DNA of 64,000 bases from an uncultured Acidobacteriota bacterium (GTDB lineage: Bacteria; Acidobacteriota; Polarisedimenticolia; J045). The notes below the pieces were generated by a model. It was given only the letters and a program-made list of their open reading frames with translations. It did not search any database and was not told the DNA's origin. Of this stretch, positions 36,707-44,885 are shown piece by piece (the first letter of the stretch is position 1; every line of letters begins with the position of its first letter). The position numbers and the translations under genes are program-made. The DNA lies in assembly GCA_963702425.1 (NCBI GenBank), contig CAVPCQ010000017.1, positions 194,325 to 258,324 on the forward strand, in the 5' to 3' direction.

Positions 36707-37471
36707 ATGCGGCCCTTGGTTCGCGCCCTGCTCGTGTTCGCCGCGCTCGCGCCCGCCGCTGCGGCCGCGGGGACCGCGTCGACAGCGAGTCCGGGCGCCG
36801 ACGGCACGCCGGCCGCCGCCGCCGCGCTCCCCGCGGGTGCCAACACGATGTGCCCGGTGCTCACCGACGAGCCGGTCGACCCGTCGATCTGGGTCGACTA
36901 CCAGGGCCAGCGCGTCTACCTCTGCTGCCAGCGCTGCCGGAAGAAGTTCATCGAGGATCCGGCCCCGTACCTGGCGGACCTCGCAGCGAGCCCCCGCGCG
37001 GGCGGGGACGCGCCCGCGGCCCCGCTCTCCGGCAGGGAACGCCTGGTCCGTTTCGCCGGCCGCTTCCACCCCTCGACGGTCCACTTCCCGATCGCGCTGA
37101 TCGCCGCGGCCGCGCTGTTCGAGATCCTCGGCGCGGCGCGCCGCGACCGGGCGCTGGCCGTGTCCGCCGTCTGGCTCGCGGCGCTCGGCGCCTCCGGCGC
37201 GGTCGCCGCGGCGGCCCTGGGCTGGTCCGCGGCGGCCTTCTCGGCCTTCCCCGGCGACCTGGCCTGGATCCTGGAAACCCACCGCTGGCTCGGCGTCGGG
37301 ACCGCCGCGACGGCGGTTCTCGCCGCGACGGCCGGGGTCCTCTCGCTGCGCCGCGGCGGCGGCTGGCCCTTTCTTTTCCGGCTGCTCCTGCTGGCGGCGA
37401 CGGTGCTGGTTCTCGTCACCGGCTTCTTCGGCGGCACCCTGATCTACGGCTTCGACCACTATCGCTGGTAG
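36707..37471 (+). CDS. YHS domain + DUF2231 membrane protein
   Basis: CPV...LCCQRCRKKF, then HPSTVHFPIAL, HRWLG and GFFGGTLIYG. Confidence 0.8.
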   Translation: MRPLVRALLVFAALAPAAAAAGTASTASPGADGTPAAAAALPAGANTMCPVLTDEPVDPSIWVDYQGQRVYLCCQRCRKKFIEDPAPYLADLAASPRAGGDAPAAPLSGRERLVRFAGRFHPSTVHFPIALIAAAALFEILGAARRDRALAVSAVWLAALGASGAVAAAALGWSAAAFSAFPGDLAWILETHRWLGVGTAATAVLAATAGVLSLRRGGGWPFLFRLLLLAATVLVLVTGFFGGTLIYGFDHYRW

Positions 37472-37534
37472 GGGCCGGGCTCCGTCCCGGCCCGCTTCCG
37501 CGCAAGCGGGCCGCCACGGAGGGCGGCCCCTATC
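37468..37534. repeat. REP-like inverted pair (degenerate)
   Basis: GTAGGGGCCGGGCTCCGTCCCGGCCC with the inverted copy GGGCCGCCACGGAGGGCGGCCCCTAT. Confidence 0.7.
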
Positions 37535-37615
37535 GCTGGTCCCTGAATGGTCGCGAACGGCGCCACGGGCGCCCGCGCAGTGCCTACAATGGAAACAGAG
37601 GGAGGGCTCGCGGCC

Positions 37616-38011
37616 GTGGATTGTCCCGCCTGCCGCCAGGTGCTGATCGTCGTCGAGCGCGAGCGGATCGAGCTCGACTGCTGCGCGGCGTGCCGCGGCA
37701 TGTGGTTCGACGCCGGCGAGTTCGACCTGCTGGCCGAGATGCACGGGCTCGGCCCCGCCGAGCGCGACACGGCGCGCTTCGCGCTGGCCGCGATCGACGA
37801 GCGCGGCCGGCTCTGCCCGCGCTGCGACCGTGCGATGGACAAGGTCTGGTTCGACGAGCAGCACACGATCCTGGTCGACCGCTGCGTGCACGGGGTCTGG
37901 TTCGACCGGGGCGAGCTTGGCCACGCGCTCGAATCGGTCCACCTCGGGCGTTCGGACGCCTGGGGCGTGATGGTGTCGTTTCTCGGGGAGACGTTCCGCC
38001 GACCGGCGTGA
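37616..38011 (+). CDS. Double zinc-ribbon (zf-TFIIB-like) protein
   Basis: CPAC...CAACRGMWFDAGE and CPRC...DRCVHGVWFDRGEL. An alternative start lies at 37589. Confidence 0.8.
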   Translation: MDCPACRQVLIVVERERIELDCCAACRGMWFDAGEFDLLAEMHGLGPAERDTARFALAAIDERGRLCPRCDRAMDKVWFDEQHTILVDRCVHGVWFDRGELGHALESVHLGRSDAWGVMVSFLGETFRRPA

Positions 38012-38035
38012 CGCTCCGTCCTGAAGGGAGAGAAC

Positions 38036-38596
38036 ATGATCGGTGCTCTCGTCGTCCTCGGCGTCCTGGCGCTGCTGGCCGTCTTCCTGGTCGGGCTCTA
38101 CAACGGCCTCGTGCGCGCGCGCAACGAGGTGAAGAACGCGTGGAGCCAGATCGACGTCCAGCTGAAGCGGCGCCACGACCTGATCCCCAACCTGGTCGAG
38201 ACCGTCAAGGGCTACGCGGGGCACGAGCGCGGCACCCTGGAGGCCGTGGTCAAGGCCCGCCAGCAGGCGATCGCCGCGAGCGGCAACGTGGCCGAGGCGG
38301 TCAAGGCCGAGAACGCGCTGTCGCAGACCCTGCGCTCGCTGTTCGCGGTGGCCGAGGCGTACCCCGACCTCAAGGCCAACCAGAACTTCCTGGCGCTGCA
38401 GGAGGAGCTGTCCTCGACGGAAAACAAGATCGGCTTCGCCCGGCAGTACTACAACGACTCGGCGATGCGCTTCAAGAACCGGATCGAGGTCTTCCCCTCG
38501 AACATCTTCGCCAATGCCTTCGGCTTCGCACCGGAGCCGTTCTTCCAGGTCGAGACCGAGGCCGAGAAGCAGGTGCCGCAGGTGAAGTTCCCCTGA
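38036..38596 (+). CDS. lemA: LemA family protein
   Basis: YNGLV, AWSQIDVQLKRRHDLIPNLV, EAYPDLKANQNF and ARQYYN. Confidence 0.95.
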   Translation: MIGALVVLGVLALLAVFLVGLYNGLVRARNEVKNAWSQIDVQLKRRHDLIPNLVETVKGYAGHERGTLEAVVKARQQAIAASGNVAEAVKAENALSQTLRSLFAVAEAYPDLKANQNFLALQEELSSTENKIGFARQYYNDSAMRFKNRIEVFPSNIFANAFGFAPEPFFQVETEAEKQVPQVKFP

Positions 38597-38627
38597 GCCC
38601 GGACGGAGCTCCGGGAGCCCGCGCCCG

Positions 38628-39834
38628 ATGTTCGAGCTGATCCGCGCCAACCAGCGCCGCGGCCGCGCTGCTCGTCGTCGCGATGGCGGCGCTGTTGGCC
38701 GCCGTCGGCTTCGCCGTGGGCGAGGTCCTGGCCCCCGGCGACGGCGGCGTGCCGGGGCTGGGGGCGGGGCTGCTCCTGTGGGGCGTGCTGGGCCTGGTCG
38801 CGTACGGCTCGGGCGACACGATCTTCCTCGGCCTCGTCGGCGCGCGGAAGATCGAGAAGCAGGACCACACCGGTGCTCTGGAACGTGGTCGAGGAGATGA
38901 CGATCGCGGCCGGCCTGCCGAAGATGCCCGACGTCTACATCATCGACAAGGACGCACTCAATGCGTTCGCCACCGGCCGCGGGCCGGACCGCGCGTCGAT
39001 CGCGGTGACGTCGGGACTGCTCGAGACGCTCGATCGCGACGAGCTGCAGGGGGTGGTCGCGCACGAGCTGGGACACGTGAAGAACCGGGACGTTCTTTAC
39101 CTCCTGCTGCTCGGCGCAATGGCGGGCGCGATCGTGATCCTCGCCGACGTCGGGCGGCGGGTGCTCTGGTACGGCCCGCCGCGGCGCCGCACCTCGGACA
39201 AGGGGAACCCGCTGGGGGCGGTGATCATGATCGCGGCCGTGCTGCTGATCGTGCTGGCGCCGCTGCTGGCGCACCTGCTGCAGCTCGCGGTCTCGCGCCG
39301 CCGCGAGTACCTGGCGGACGCCTGCGGCGCGCAGTTCACGCGCTACCCGGACGGGCTCGCCGGCGCGCTCGAGAAGATCGGGCGAGAGGGGGGCGTGCTG
39401 AAGGACGTGCCGCGAACCGTCGCGCCGAGCTTCATCAGCGACCCGCTGGCGAAAGCGTCGCTCGACGAGGAGGGAGCCTCGGCGTGGGGCAGCACCCACC
39501 CACCGCTCACCGAGCGGATCCGGATCCTCCGCGCGATGGGCGGGATGCCGGGCTATGCGCGCTACGACGAGGCGTTTCGCACCGTGACGCGCCGGCCGGT
39601 CGGCGTGATGCCGGCATCGGCGCTCGCCGAAGCGATGACACCGTGCGCGACCCCCAACCCGACCCGCGCACGCGGGCCGACCGCGTGCGCGGCGCCACCG
39701 ACGCGATATGGCAGGCCAAGGACTACGCCTTCATCCCGTGCGCGTGCGGGACGACGCTCAAGCTCCCCCCGGCGTGGGCCGGGCGGCAGGTCGCGTGCCC
39801 GCACTGCGGGACGGCCCACGTGGCGGGCGCGTGA
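38628..39834 (+). CDS. htpX: HtpX-like M48 metalloprotease with a C-terminal zinc ribbon, frameshifted (~38660, ~38870, ~39650)
   Basis: MFELIRAN, NAFATG, HELGH, SRRREYLAD and STHPP across frames. The tail reads IPCACG...CPHCG. Confidence 0.8.
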
Positions 39835-39885
39835 CCGGGCGGATCCACGAGGTCGGCGAGCGAGCGCGGAGCAGGGCGTCATCGC

Positions 39886-40316
39886 GCGTCCTGCCAGCAG
39901 GACGCATTTCCGCGATGACCGTCCCGCAGGCGCTACGCATCCGCCCGGCACCGGCCCCGCATCTTCTCGCCCCGCGCCGTAACCAAAGGTTGCCGTGGGA
40001 GTTCTTGTGACCCGGGTCACGCCGGCCGGCGAAGCCCGCCGCTGGCGCGAGAATTGCTTGGGTACAGGGTGCCCCGGCCCGCCAGCCGAGGCGATGATCC
40101 GTGTCCTGCCAGCAGGACGTACGGGGCCACCCGTCGTCCCCGGAGCGCGACATGCTCGCGAGCCGACCCTCCCGGGACTGGATCGCTCCGGGTCGTAGTC
40201 GGCGCGTTTCGTGGGACTTGCTGGGACCGGGGTCGCGCGCGGCGGCGGCGGCGCCGCTGGCGTGGAGTTTGCTTGTCTCCCGGTGCCCCGGTTCGCCAGC
40301 CGAGGCGATGATCCGT
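39886..40316 (+). repeat. Diverged 215-bp tandem duplication; each unit has a palindrome, a sigma54 promoter and a conserved 35-nt block
   Basis: GTCCTGC-CA-GCAGGAC at 39888 and 40103. TGGCG-N6-TTGCT at 40043 and 40258. Blocks at 40068-40102 and 40282-40316 are 33/35 identical. Confidence 0.75.
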
Positions 40317-40409
40317 TCCACGAGTCTTCCGCCGGCCAGGTTGGGTGTCTCTGAGGGGGGCAGCCACGGACCGGCGGGGCCCCGCCCGCGAGGGCGGGGT
40401 TTTTCTTTT
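40282..40409 (+). ncRNA. Putative sigma54-dependent small RNA (~125 nt)
   Basis: Begins about 10-12 nt after the -12 box and ends at a + strand terminator. The only ATG has no stop before the terminator. Confidence 0.45.
40380..40409 (+). terminator. Rho-independent terminator
   Basis: CCCCGCCC-GCGA-GGGCGGGG followed by TTTTTCTTTT. Confidence 0.8.
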
Positions 40410-40427
40410 CCGGGCCCCCCCCGCCTG

Positions 40428-42200
40428 TCAGTGCAGGCGGAACTCCTCGAGCTTGCGGTAGAGGTTGCTGCGCGCGAGCCCCGCGAGGCGGGCCGCTTCC
40501 GCGAGGTTGCCGCCGCAGCGCTCGAGCAGCCGGGCGAAGTAGATCCGGTCGAAGCGCTGCCGCGCCTCGCGCCAGTTCCCCTCGAGCCCCAGCAGCATGC
40601 CGCCCACCGCCGCATTGGACCCGCCGGCAACCTCCGCCGGGAGCAGGCTGAGGTGCAGCACCGGCCCGTCGGCGAGGGCGACCGCGCGCGCGATCGCGTG
40701 GCGCAGCTCGCGCACGTTGCCGGGCCAGGCGTAGCCGACGAGCATCCGCGCCGCCTGCAGGTCGATCCCGCGGAACGGGTGGCCCTGCACCGCGGCCGCC
40801 TGGCGGGCGAAGGCGCGCGCGAGCGGGAGCACGTCCTCCGGCCGCTCCCGGAGCGGCGGCACGCGCACCACGGCGCCGGCGATCCGGTAGAGCAGGTCGC
40901 GCCGGAAGTGTCCCTGTTCGGCCTCGGCGTGCAGGTCGCGGTGGGTCGCCGCGACGATCCGGACGTCGACCGGGACGGCGGCGGGCGCGCCGACCGGCTG
41001 GACCTCCCCGGACTCGAGCGCGCGCAGCAGCTTCGGCTGCAGCGCCGGCGGCAGGTCGCCGACCTCGTCCAGCAGCAGCGTGCCGCCGGAGGCCTGCACC
41101 AGCCGCCCGGTGCGCTCGCCGACCCCGGTCGCGACCCCCTTCTCGATCCCGAACAGCTCGGCTTCGAGCAGCTCGCTCGGCACGGCGGAACAGTTGATCG
41201 CAACGAACGGACCCGAGCGGCGCCGCGACTGCGCGTGGATCCGGCGCGCGAGCAGTTCCTTGCCGGTGCCGGTCTCGCCGACCAGCAGAACGGCCAGCGG
41301 GCTGGCCGCCAGGCGATCGACCTCCTCGAGCAGCTGGCGGCAGGCCTCGGAGGCGAAGACGAACTCCGGCATGCCCGCCAGCGGGTCAACCCCGGGGAGC
41401 GCCGCAACGGGCGGCGCGTCGACGGCCGGCCCGTCGAACAGCCAGCGCAGCAGCTCGCCGAGCAGCTGCAACTCGGTCTCTCCCGCCGACGGGTGGTCCC
41501 AGGGGTGGGCGCAGAGCACCGTGCCCGTCCCGACCCCCCCGAGCCGCCGCAGGAACACGCCGTCGGGAACCGCCTCGTTCCGCCCCGGCGCCGACGCCGC
41601 GCCGAGCACCGTCTCGAGCGCCGCCGGGAGCGGCTCTCCCCAGGCCGCGACGATCGCCGCACCCCCGGCTCCCAGCTGCAGCAGGGCCACACCGCGCGCA
41701 GCGCCGGCGAGCGCGACGCGGGCGAGGAGTGCGGCCGCGAGCGCGTCGCGATCGGGCGCTTGGGCCAGCAGGTCCGCGACCTCGGCGATCCCCTCGCGCG
41801 AGCCCTTCGCGGCCGGCGTCCGCAGGTCGAACGCGTCGAGCGGCGGCGTCGCCTCCCGGACGCGACGGGGCGCGCCGGGAGGGAGCTGCATTCCGTCGTC
41901 CGATCCCGCGAGCGAGATCCCCTCGCGCAGCGTCAGCAGCACGCGCCCAGCCACGAACCAGTCGTCGGGCCGGACCGTCGCCGAGGCGACGCGCTGCCCG
42001 TCGACCCACAGGCCGTTCATGCTCCCGAGGTCCTCGACGTGCAACGCCCGTCCGCGCAGCTCGAGCTGCAGGTGCCGGCTCGACACGGCCGGATCGTCGA
42101 TGAGGATCTCGCAGGAGGGGTCGCGGCCGGCGTAGAACGTCCCCGAGCCGAGCGGCCAGCGCACCGAGCGTCCATCGATCCGGGCTTCGAGGTAGTGCAA
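40428..42200 (-). CDS. FHA-domain sigma54-dependent enhancer-binding protein (AAA+, Fis HTH)
   Basis: FHA motifs (GRDP..VSSRH..DLGSMNG), GETGTGKE, ELFGIEKGVATGV, LLDEVG, WPGNVREL and a C-terminal HTH. Confidence 0.9.
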   Translation of the reverse strand: MHYLEARIDGRSVRWPLGSGTFYAGRDPSCEILIDDPAVSSRHLQLELRGRALHVEDLGSMNGLWVDGQRVASATVRPDDWFVAGRVLLTLREGISLAGSDDGMQLPPGAPRRVREATPPLDAFDLRTPAAKGSREGIAEVADLLAQAPDRDALAAALLARVALAGAARGVALLQLGAGGAAIVAAWGEPLPAALETVLGAASAPGRNEAVPDGVFLRRLGGVGTGTVLCAHPWDHPSAGETELQLLGELLRWLFDGPAVDAPPVAALPGVDPLAGMPEFVFASEACRQLLEEVDRLAASPLAVLLVGETGTGKELLARRIHAQSRRRSGPFVAINCSAVPSELLEAELFGIEKGVATGVGERTGRLVQASGGTLLLDEVGDLPPALQPKLLRALESGEVQPVGAPAAVPVDVRIVAATHRDLHAEAEQGHFRRDLLYRIAGAVVRVPPLRERPEDVLPLARAFARQAAAVQGHPFRGIDLQAARMLVGYAWPGNVRELRHAIARAVALADGPVLHLSLLPAEVAGGSNAAVGGMLLGLEGNWREARQRFDRIYFARLLERCGGNLAEAARLAGLARSNLYRKLEEFRLH

Positions 42201-42253
42201 CGTCCATCCCCCCCGGGAATGGTGTGCATTGTACGGCGGATGACGGACAGCGT

Positions 42254-42467
42254 GTAGGGGCCGGCCTCCGTGCCGGCCCGCAACGTGCGCCGCGCGGCCT
42301 GCAGGGGCCGGCCTCCGTGCCGGCCCGCAACGTGCGCCGCGCGGCGTGTAGGGGCCGGCCTCCGTGCCGGCCCGCAACGTGCGCCGCGCGGCCTGCAGGG
42401 GCCGGCCTCCGTGCCGGCCCATCGTGTCGTCGGAACGACTCGGGCCGGCACGGAGGCCGGCCCCTAC
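42254..42467. repeat. REP/BIME-like cluster: four 47-bp direct copies plus one inverted copy
   Basis: G(T/C)AGGGGCCGGCCTCCGTGCCGGCCC at 42254, 42301, 42348 and 42395, inverted at 42442-42467. Same core as the 17.3-kb cluster. Confidence 0.88.
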
Positions 42468-43729
42468 AGGTCGCGCAGCAGGGGGTGCGTCAGGCAGTGC
42501 GGTCCGCCGCGCGCACGGGAGAGTTCGTGGCTGGCGATCAGCACGCAGACCCGTCCGGGGTCGTCCGGATCGATCTCCTCGCGGCCGAGCAGCAGGTCCT
42601 CGCCGGTCACGACCCGGAAGCCACGGCGCGCCAGCTCATCGGCCGTCGCGACGTTGCGGTCGTAGAGCGCGATCACGCCCGGCGCGAGCGCGAAGGCGTT
42701 GGCGCCGTCGGTCCACTGCTCGCGCTGCTGCGCGACCGGATCGCTGCCGCCGCAGGGGACCGGCTCCAACTCGACGCCATGGCGCCGCAGCGTCGCCAGC
42801 GGGTGGTCCGCGGCCTGCGCCTGCGGGCCTGGCGCGTGAAGGTCCACCTGGTAGACCCGCGCCTCCTCGAGGCCCCCTTCGAGCATCACCGGCGGGTAGA
42901 CCAGGGCCATCCCCCGATCGATCGGGGTGAACAGCGTGTCGAGGTGCATGTAAGCCCGGCGATGCGGCAGCTCGACGATCACCAGCCAGCGCGGTGCGCC
43001 CTCGCGGCGCGCGAGACCCCGCGCGAGCCGCTGGACGCCGAGGCGGTTCGTCCGCTCCGACAGCCCGACCGCGAGCACGTCCGGCGAGAGGACCAGCACG
43101 TCACCCCCCTCGAGGCAGGGCCGGTGCAGCCCCGCGACGAGGTGCCGTTCGGTGGCGGGATCGAGCGGATCGAAGAGGACCGGCGTCGCGGCCAGCCGGG
43201 GGTGGAAGCGGAAGATCGCGCGCGACAGCAGCGCCTCGCGGTAGCGGGCGGTCGTCGCCATCGCAGCGAAGACGACGCCGTCGCCGACGACGACCTGGGG
43301 GTCGCGCTGGAAGCACCAGTTGGGCAGGGGCGGGAGCTCGTAGAGCTCGTCCACTCCGAGGCCGTCGTGCGACGGGTCCAGGCGCACGCCGCGCACGAGC
43401 ATGTCGACCAGCTCGACCGGCGCGGCCGCGACGAGCCGCTCGCGCGCGGCGGGCGGCAGGTCCTCGGACACGGCGTCGAGGATGTACGCGCGCGCCTCGT
43501 CTCGGGCCAGGGTCTCGGCCAGCAGGTCCTCGGCGAACAGCAGCTCCGCGCCGAAGAGCTGCAGCACCCGCTGGAAGCGACGGTGCTCCTCGCGCGCGCG
43601 GTCGCCGAAGAGGATGTCGTCGAAGAGCAACTCTTCCATCATCGCCGGGACCATGCGGTCGACTTCCGGTCCCGGCTCGTGAACCAGCACCTGCCTGAGG
43701 CGGCCGACCTCCGACGAAACGGAGACCAT
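42464..43729 (-). CDS. arcA: Arginine deiminase family protein
   Basis: SEVGRLRQVLVHEPG, LLFDD, RDP, EGGD, MHLDT, QWTDGAN and ELSRARGGPHCLT. Confidence 0.88.
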   Translation of the reverse strand: MVSVSSEVGRLRQVLVHEPGPEVDRMVPAMMEELLFDDILFGDRAREEHRRFQRVLQLFGAELLFAEDLLAETLARDEARAYILDAVSEDLPPAARERLVAAAPVELVDMLVRGVRLDPSHDGLGVDELYELPPLPNWCFQRDPQVVVGDGVVFAAMATTARYREALLSRAIFRFHPRLAATPVLFDPLDPATERHLVAGLHRPCLEGGDVLVLSPDVLAVGLSERTNRLGVQRLARGLARREGAPRWLVIVELPHRRAYMHLDTLFTPIDRGMALVYPPVMLEGGLEEARVYQVDLHAPGPQAQAADHPLATLRRHGVELEPVPCGGSDPVAQQREQWTDGANAFALAPGVIALYDRNVATADELARRGFRVVTGEDLLLGREEIDPDDPGRVCVLIASHELSRARGGPHCLTHPLLRDL

Positions 43730-43736
43730 CGAAGCA

Positions 43737-44885
43737 TCAGCCTCGTGCCGCGTCGAAGGCATGGTCGAGGTCGGCGAGCAGGTCCTCGGCGTCTTCGAGC
43801 CCGCACGACAGTCGGACGAGCTGCTCAGTGATGCCGATCCGGTTCTTCTCTTCCGCCGGGATCGAGCCATGCGTCATCGAAAACGGGTAGCAGACCAGCG
43901 ACTCGACGCCGCCCAGGCTCTCGGCCAGCGTGAAGACGTGGAGCGCGGCGAGGAAGCGCTCCAGCTCGGCGCGCCCCCCCTTCAGCTCGAACGAGACCAT
44001 CCCGGCGTGGCCGCGCATCTGCTTCTTCGCGACCGCGTGGTGCGGGTGCGAGGGGAGGCCCGGGAAGTAGAGCGTCCCGACCTGCGGGTGGCGGCCCAAC
44101 CACTCGGCGACCGCGAAGGCGTTCTTCTGGTGCCGCTCCATCCGGACTTCCAACGTCTTCATGCCGCGCATCACCAGGTAGCACTCGAGCAGCCCCGGCA
44201 CGCCGCCGGCGGCATTCTGGTAGAACCGGATCGGCTCGTGCAGGTCGGCGCGGCGGGTGACGAGCGCCCCGGCGACGAGGTCGCTGTGGCCGCCGAGGTA
44301 CTTCGTCATGCTGTGCGCGACGAGGTCGGCCCCAAGGTCGAGCGGGGTCTGCCAGCAGGGAGTGGCGAAGGTGTTGTCGACCGCCAGGATGGCCGCGGCC
44401 GGCTTCCCCGCCGCGACGCGCGCGATGTCGATCACGTTGAGCAGCGGGTTGGTGGGCGTCTCGAGCCAGATCAGCTTCGTCTTCGCTTGGGTCGCGGCCA
44501 CGATCTCGTCCGCCGACGAGGTCGCGAGGCAGTCGAACGCGATTCCGTACTTCGCGAAGACGCGGTGGAACAGGCGGTACGTCCCGCCGTAGACGTCGAT
44601 CGTCGAGACGACGTGGTCGCCCGGCTGCAGCAGGTTGAGCACGGCGGTGGTCGCTGCGCAGCCGGAGGAGAAGGCCAGCCCGTGGATCCCGTTCTCGAGC
44701 GCGGCCAGGGTCGCCTCGAGCGCGCGGCGCGTCGGGTTGTCGGTGCGGGCGTACTCGTAGCCGTCGCGCGTCCCGCCGAGGCCATCCTGCTTGAAGGTCG
44801 AAGAGAGATAAACCGGGACGTTGACCGCCCCGGTGCGGGGATCAGGCTCCTGGCCGGCGTGGATCGCCTTCGTCGCGAACTTCAT
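43737..44885 (-). CDS. Cystathionine gamma-lyase/gamma-synthase (PLP)
   Basis: YARTDNPT, ETPTNP, VDNTF, HSMTKYLGGHSD and AESLGGVESL. Confidence 0.92.
   Translation of the reverse strand: MKFATKAIHAGQEPDPRTGAVNVPVYLSSTFKQDGLGGTRDGYEYARTDNPTRRALEATLAALENGIHGLAFSSGCAATTAVLNLLQPGDHVVSTIDVYGGTYRLFHRVFAKYGIAFDCLATSSADEIVAATQAKTKLIWLETPTNPLLNVIDIARVAAGKPAAAILAVDNTFATPCWQTPLDLGADLVAHSMTKYLGGHSDLVAGALVTRRADLHEPIRFYQNAAGGVPGLLECYLVMRGMKTLEVRMERHQKNAFAVAEWLGRHPQVGTLYFPGLPSHPHHAVAKKQMRGHAGMVSFELKGGRAELERFLAALHVFTLAESLGGVESLVCYPFSMTHGSIPAEEKNRIGITEQLVRLSCGLEDAEDLLADLDHAFDAARG

Noticed and set aside
38628-39834. htpX as a true pseudogene or programmed frameshift
   Set aside because: Catalytic motifs are intact and no slippery site is evident. 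Sequencing indels are more parsimonious, though this cannot be settled without reads.
40093-40198. Small peptide MIRVLPAG... from the first duplicated unit
   Set aside because: The second copy diverges after MIR and has no stop before the terminator, so coding is not conserved between copies.
42254-42467. Possible CRISPR array
   Set aside because: The spacers are essentially identical, there is an inverted terminal copy, and no cas genes are present. It fits a REP/BIME instead.
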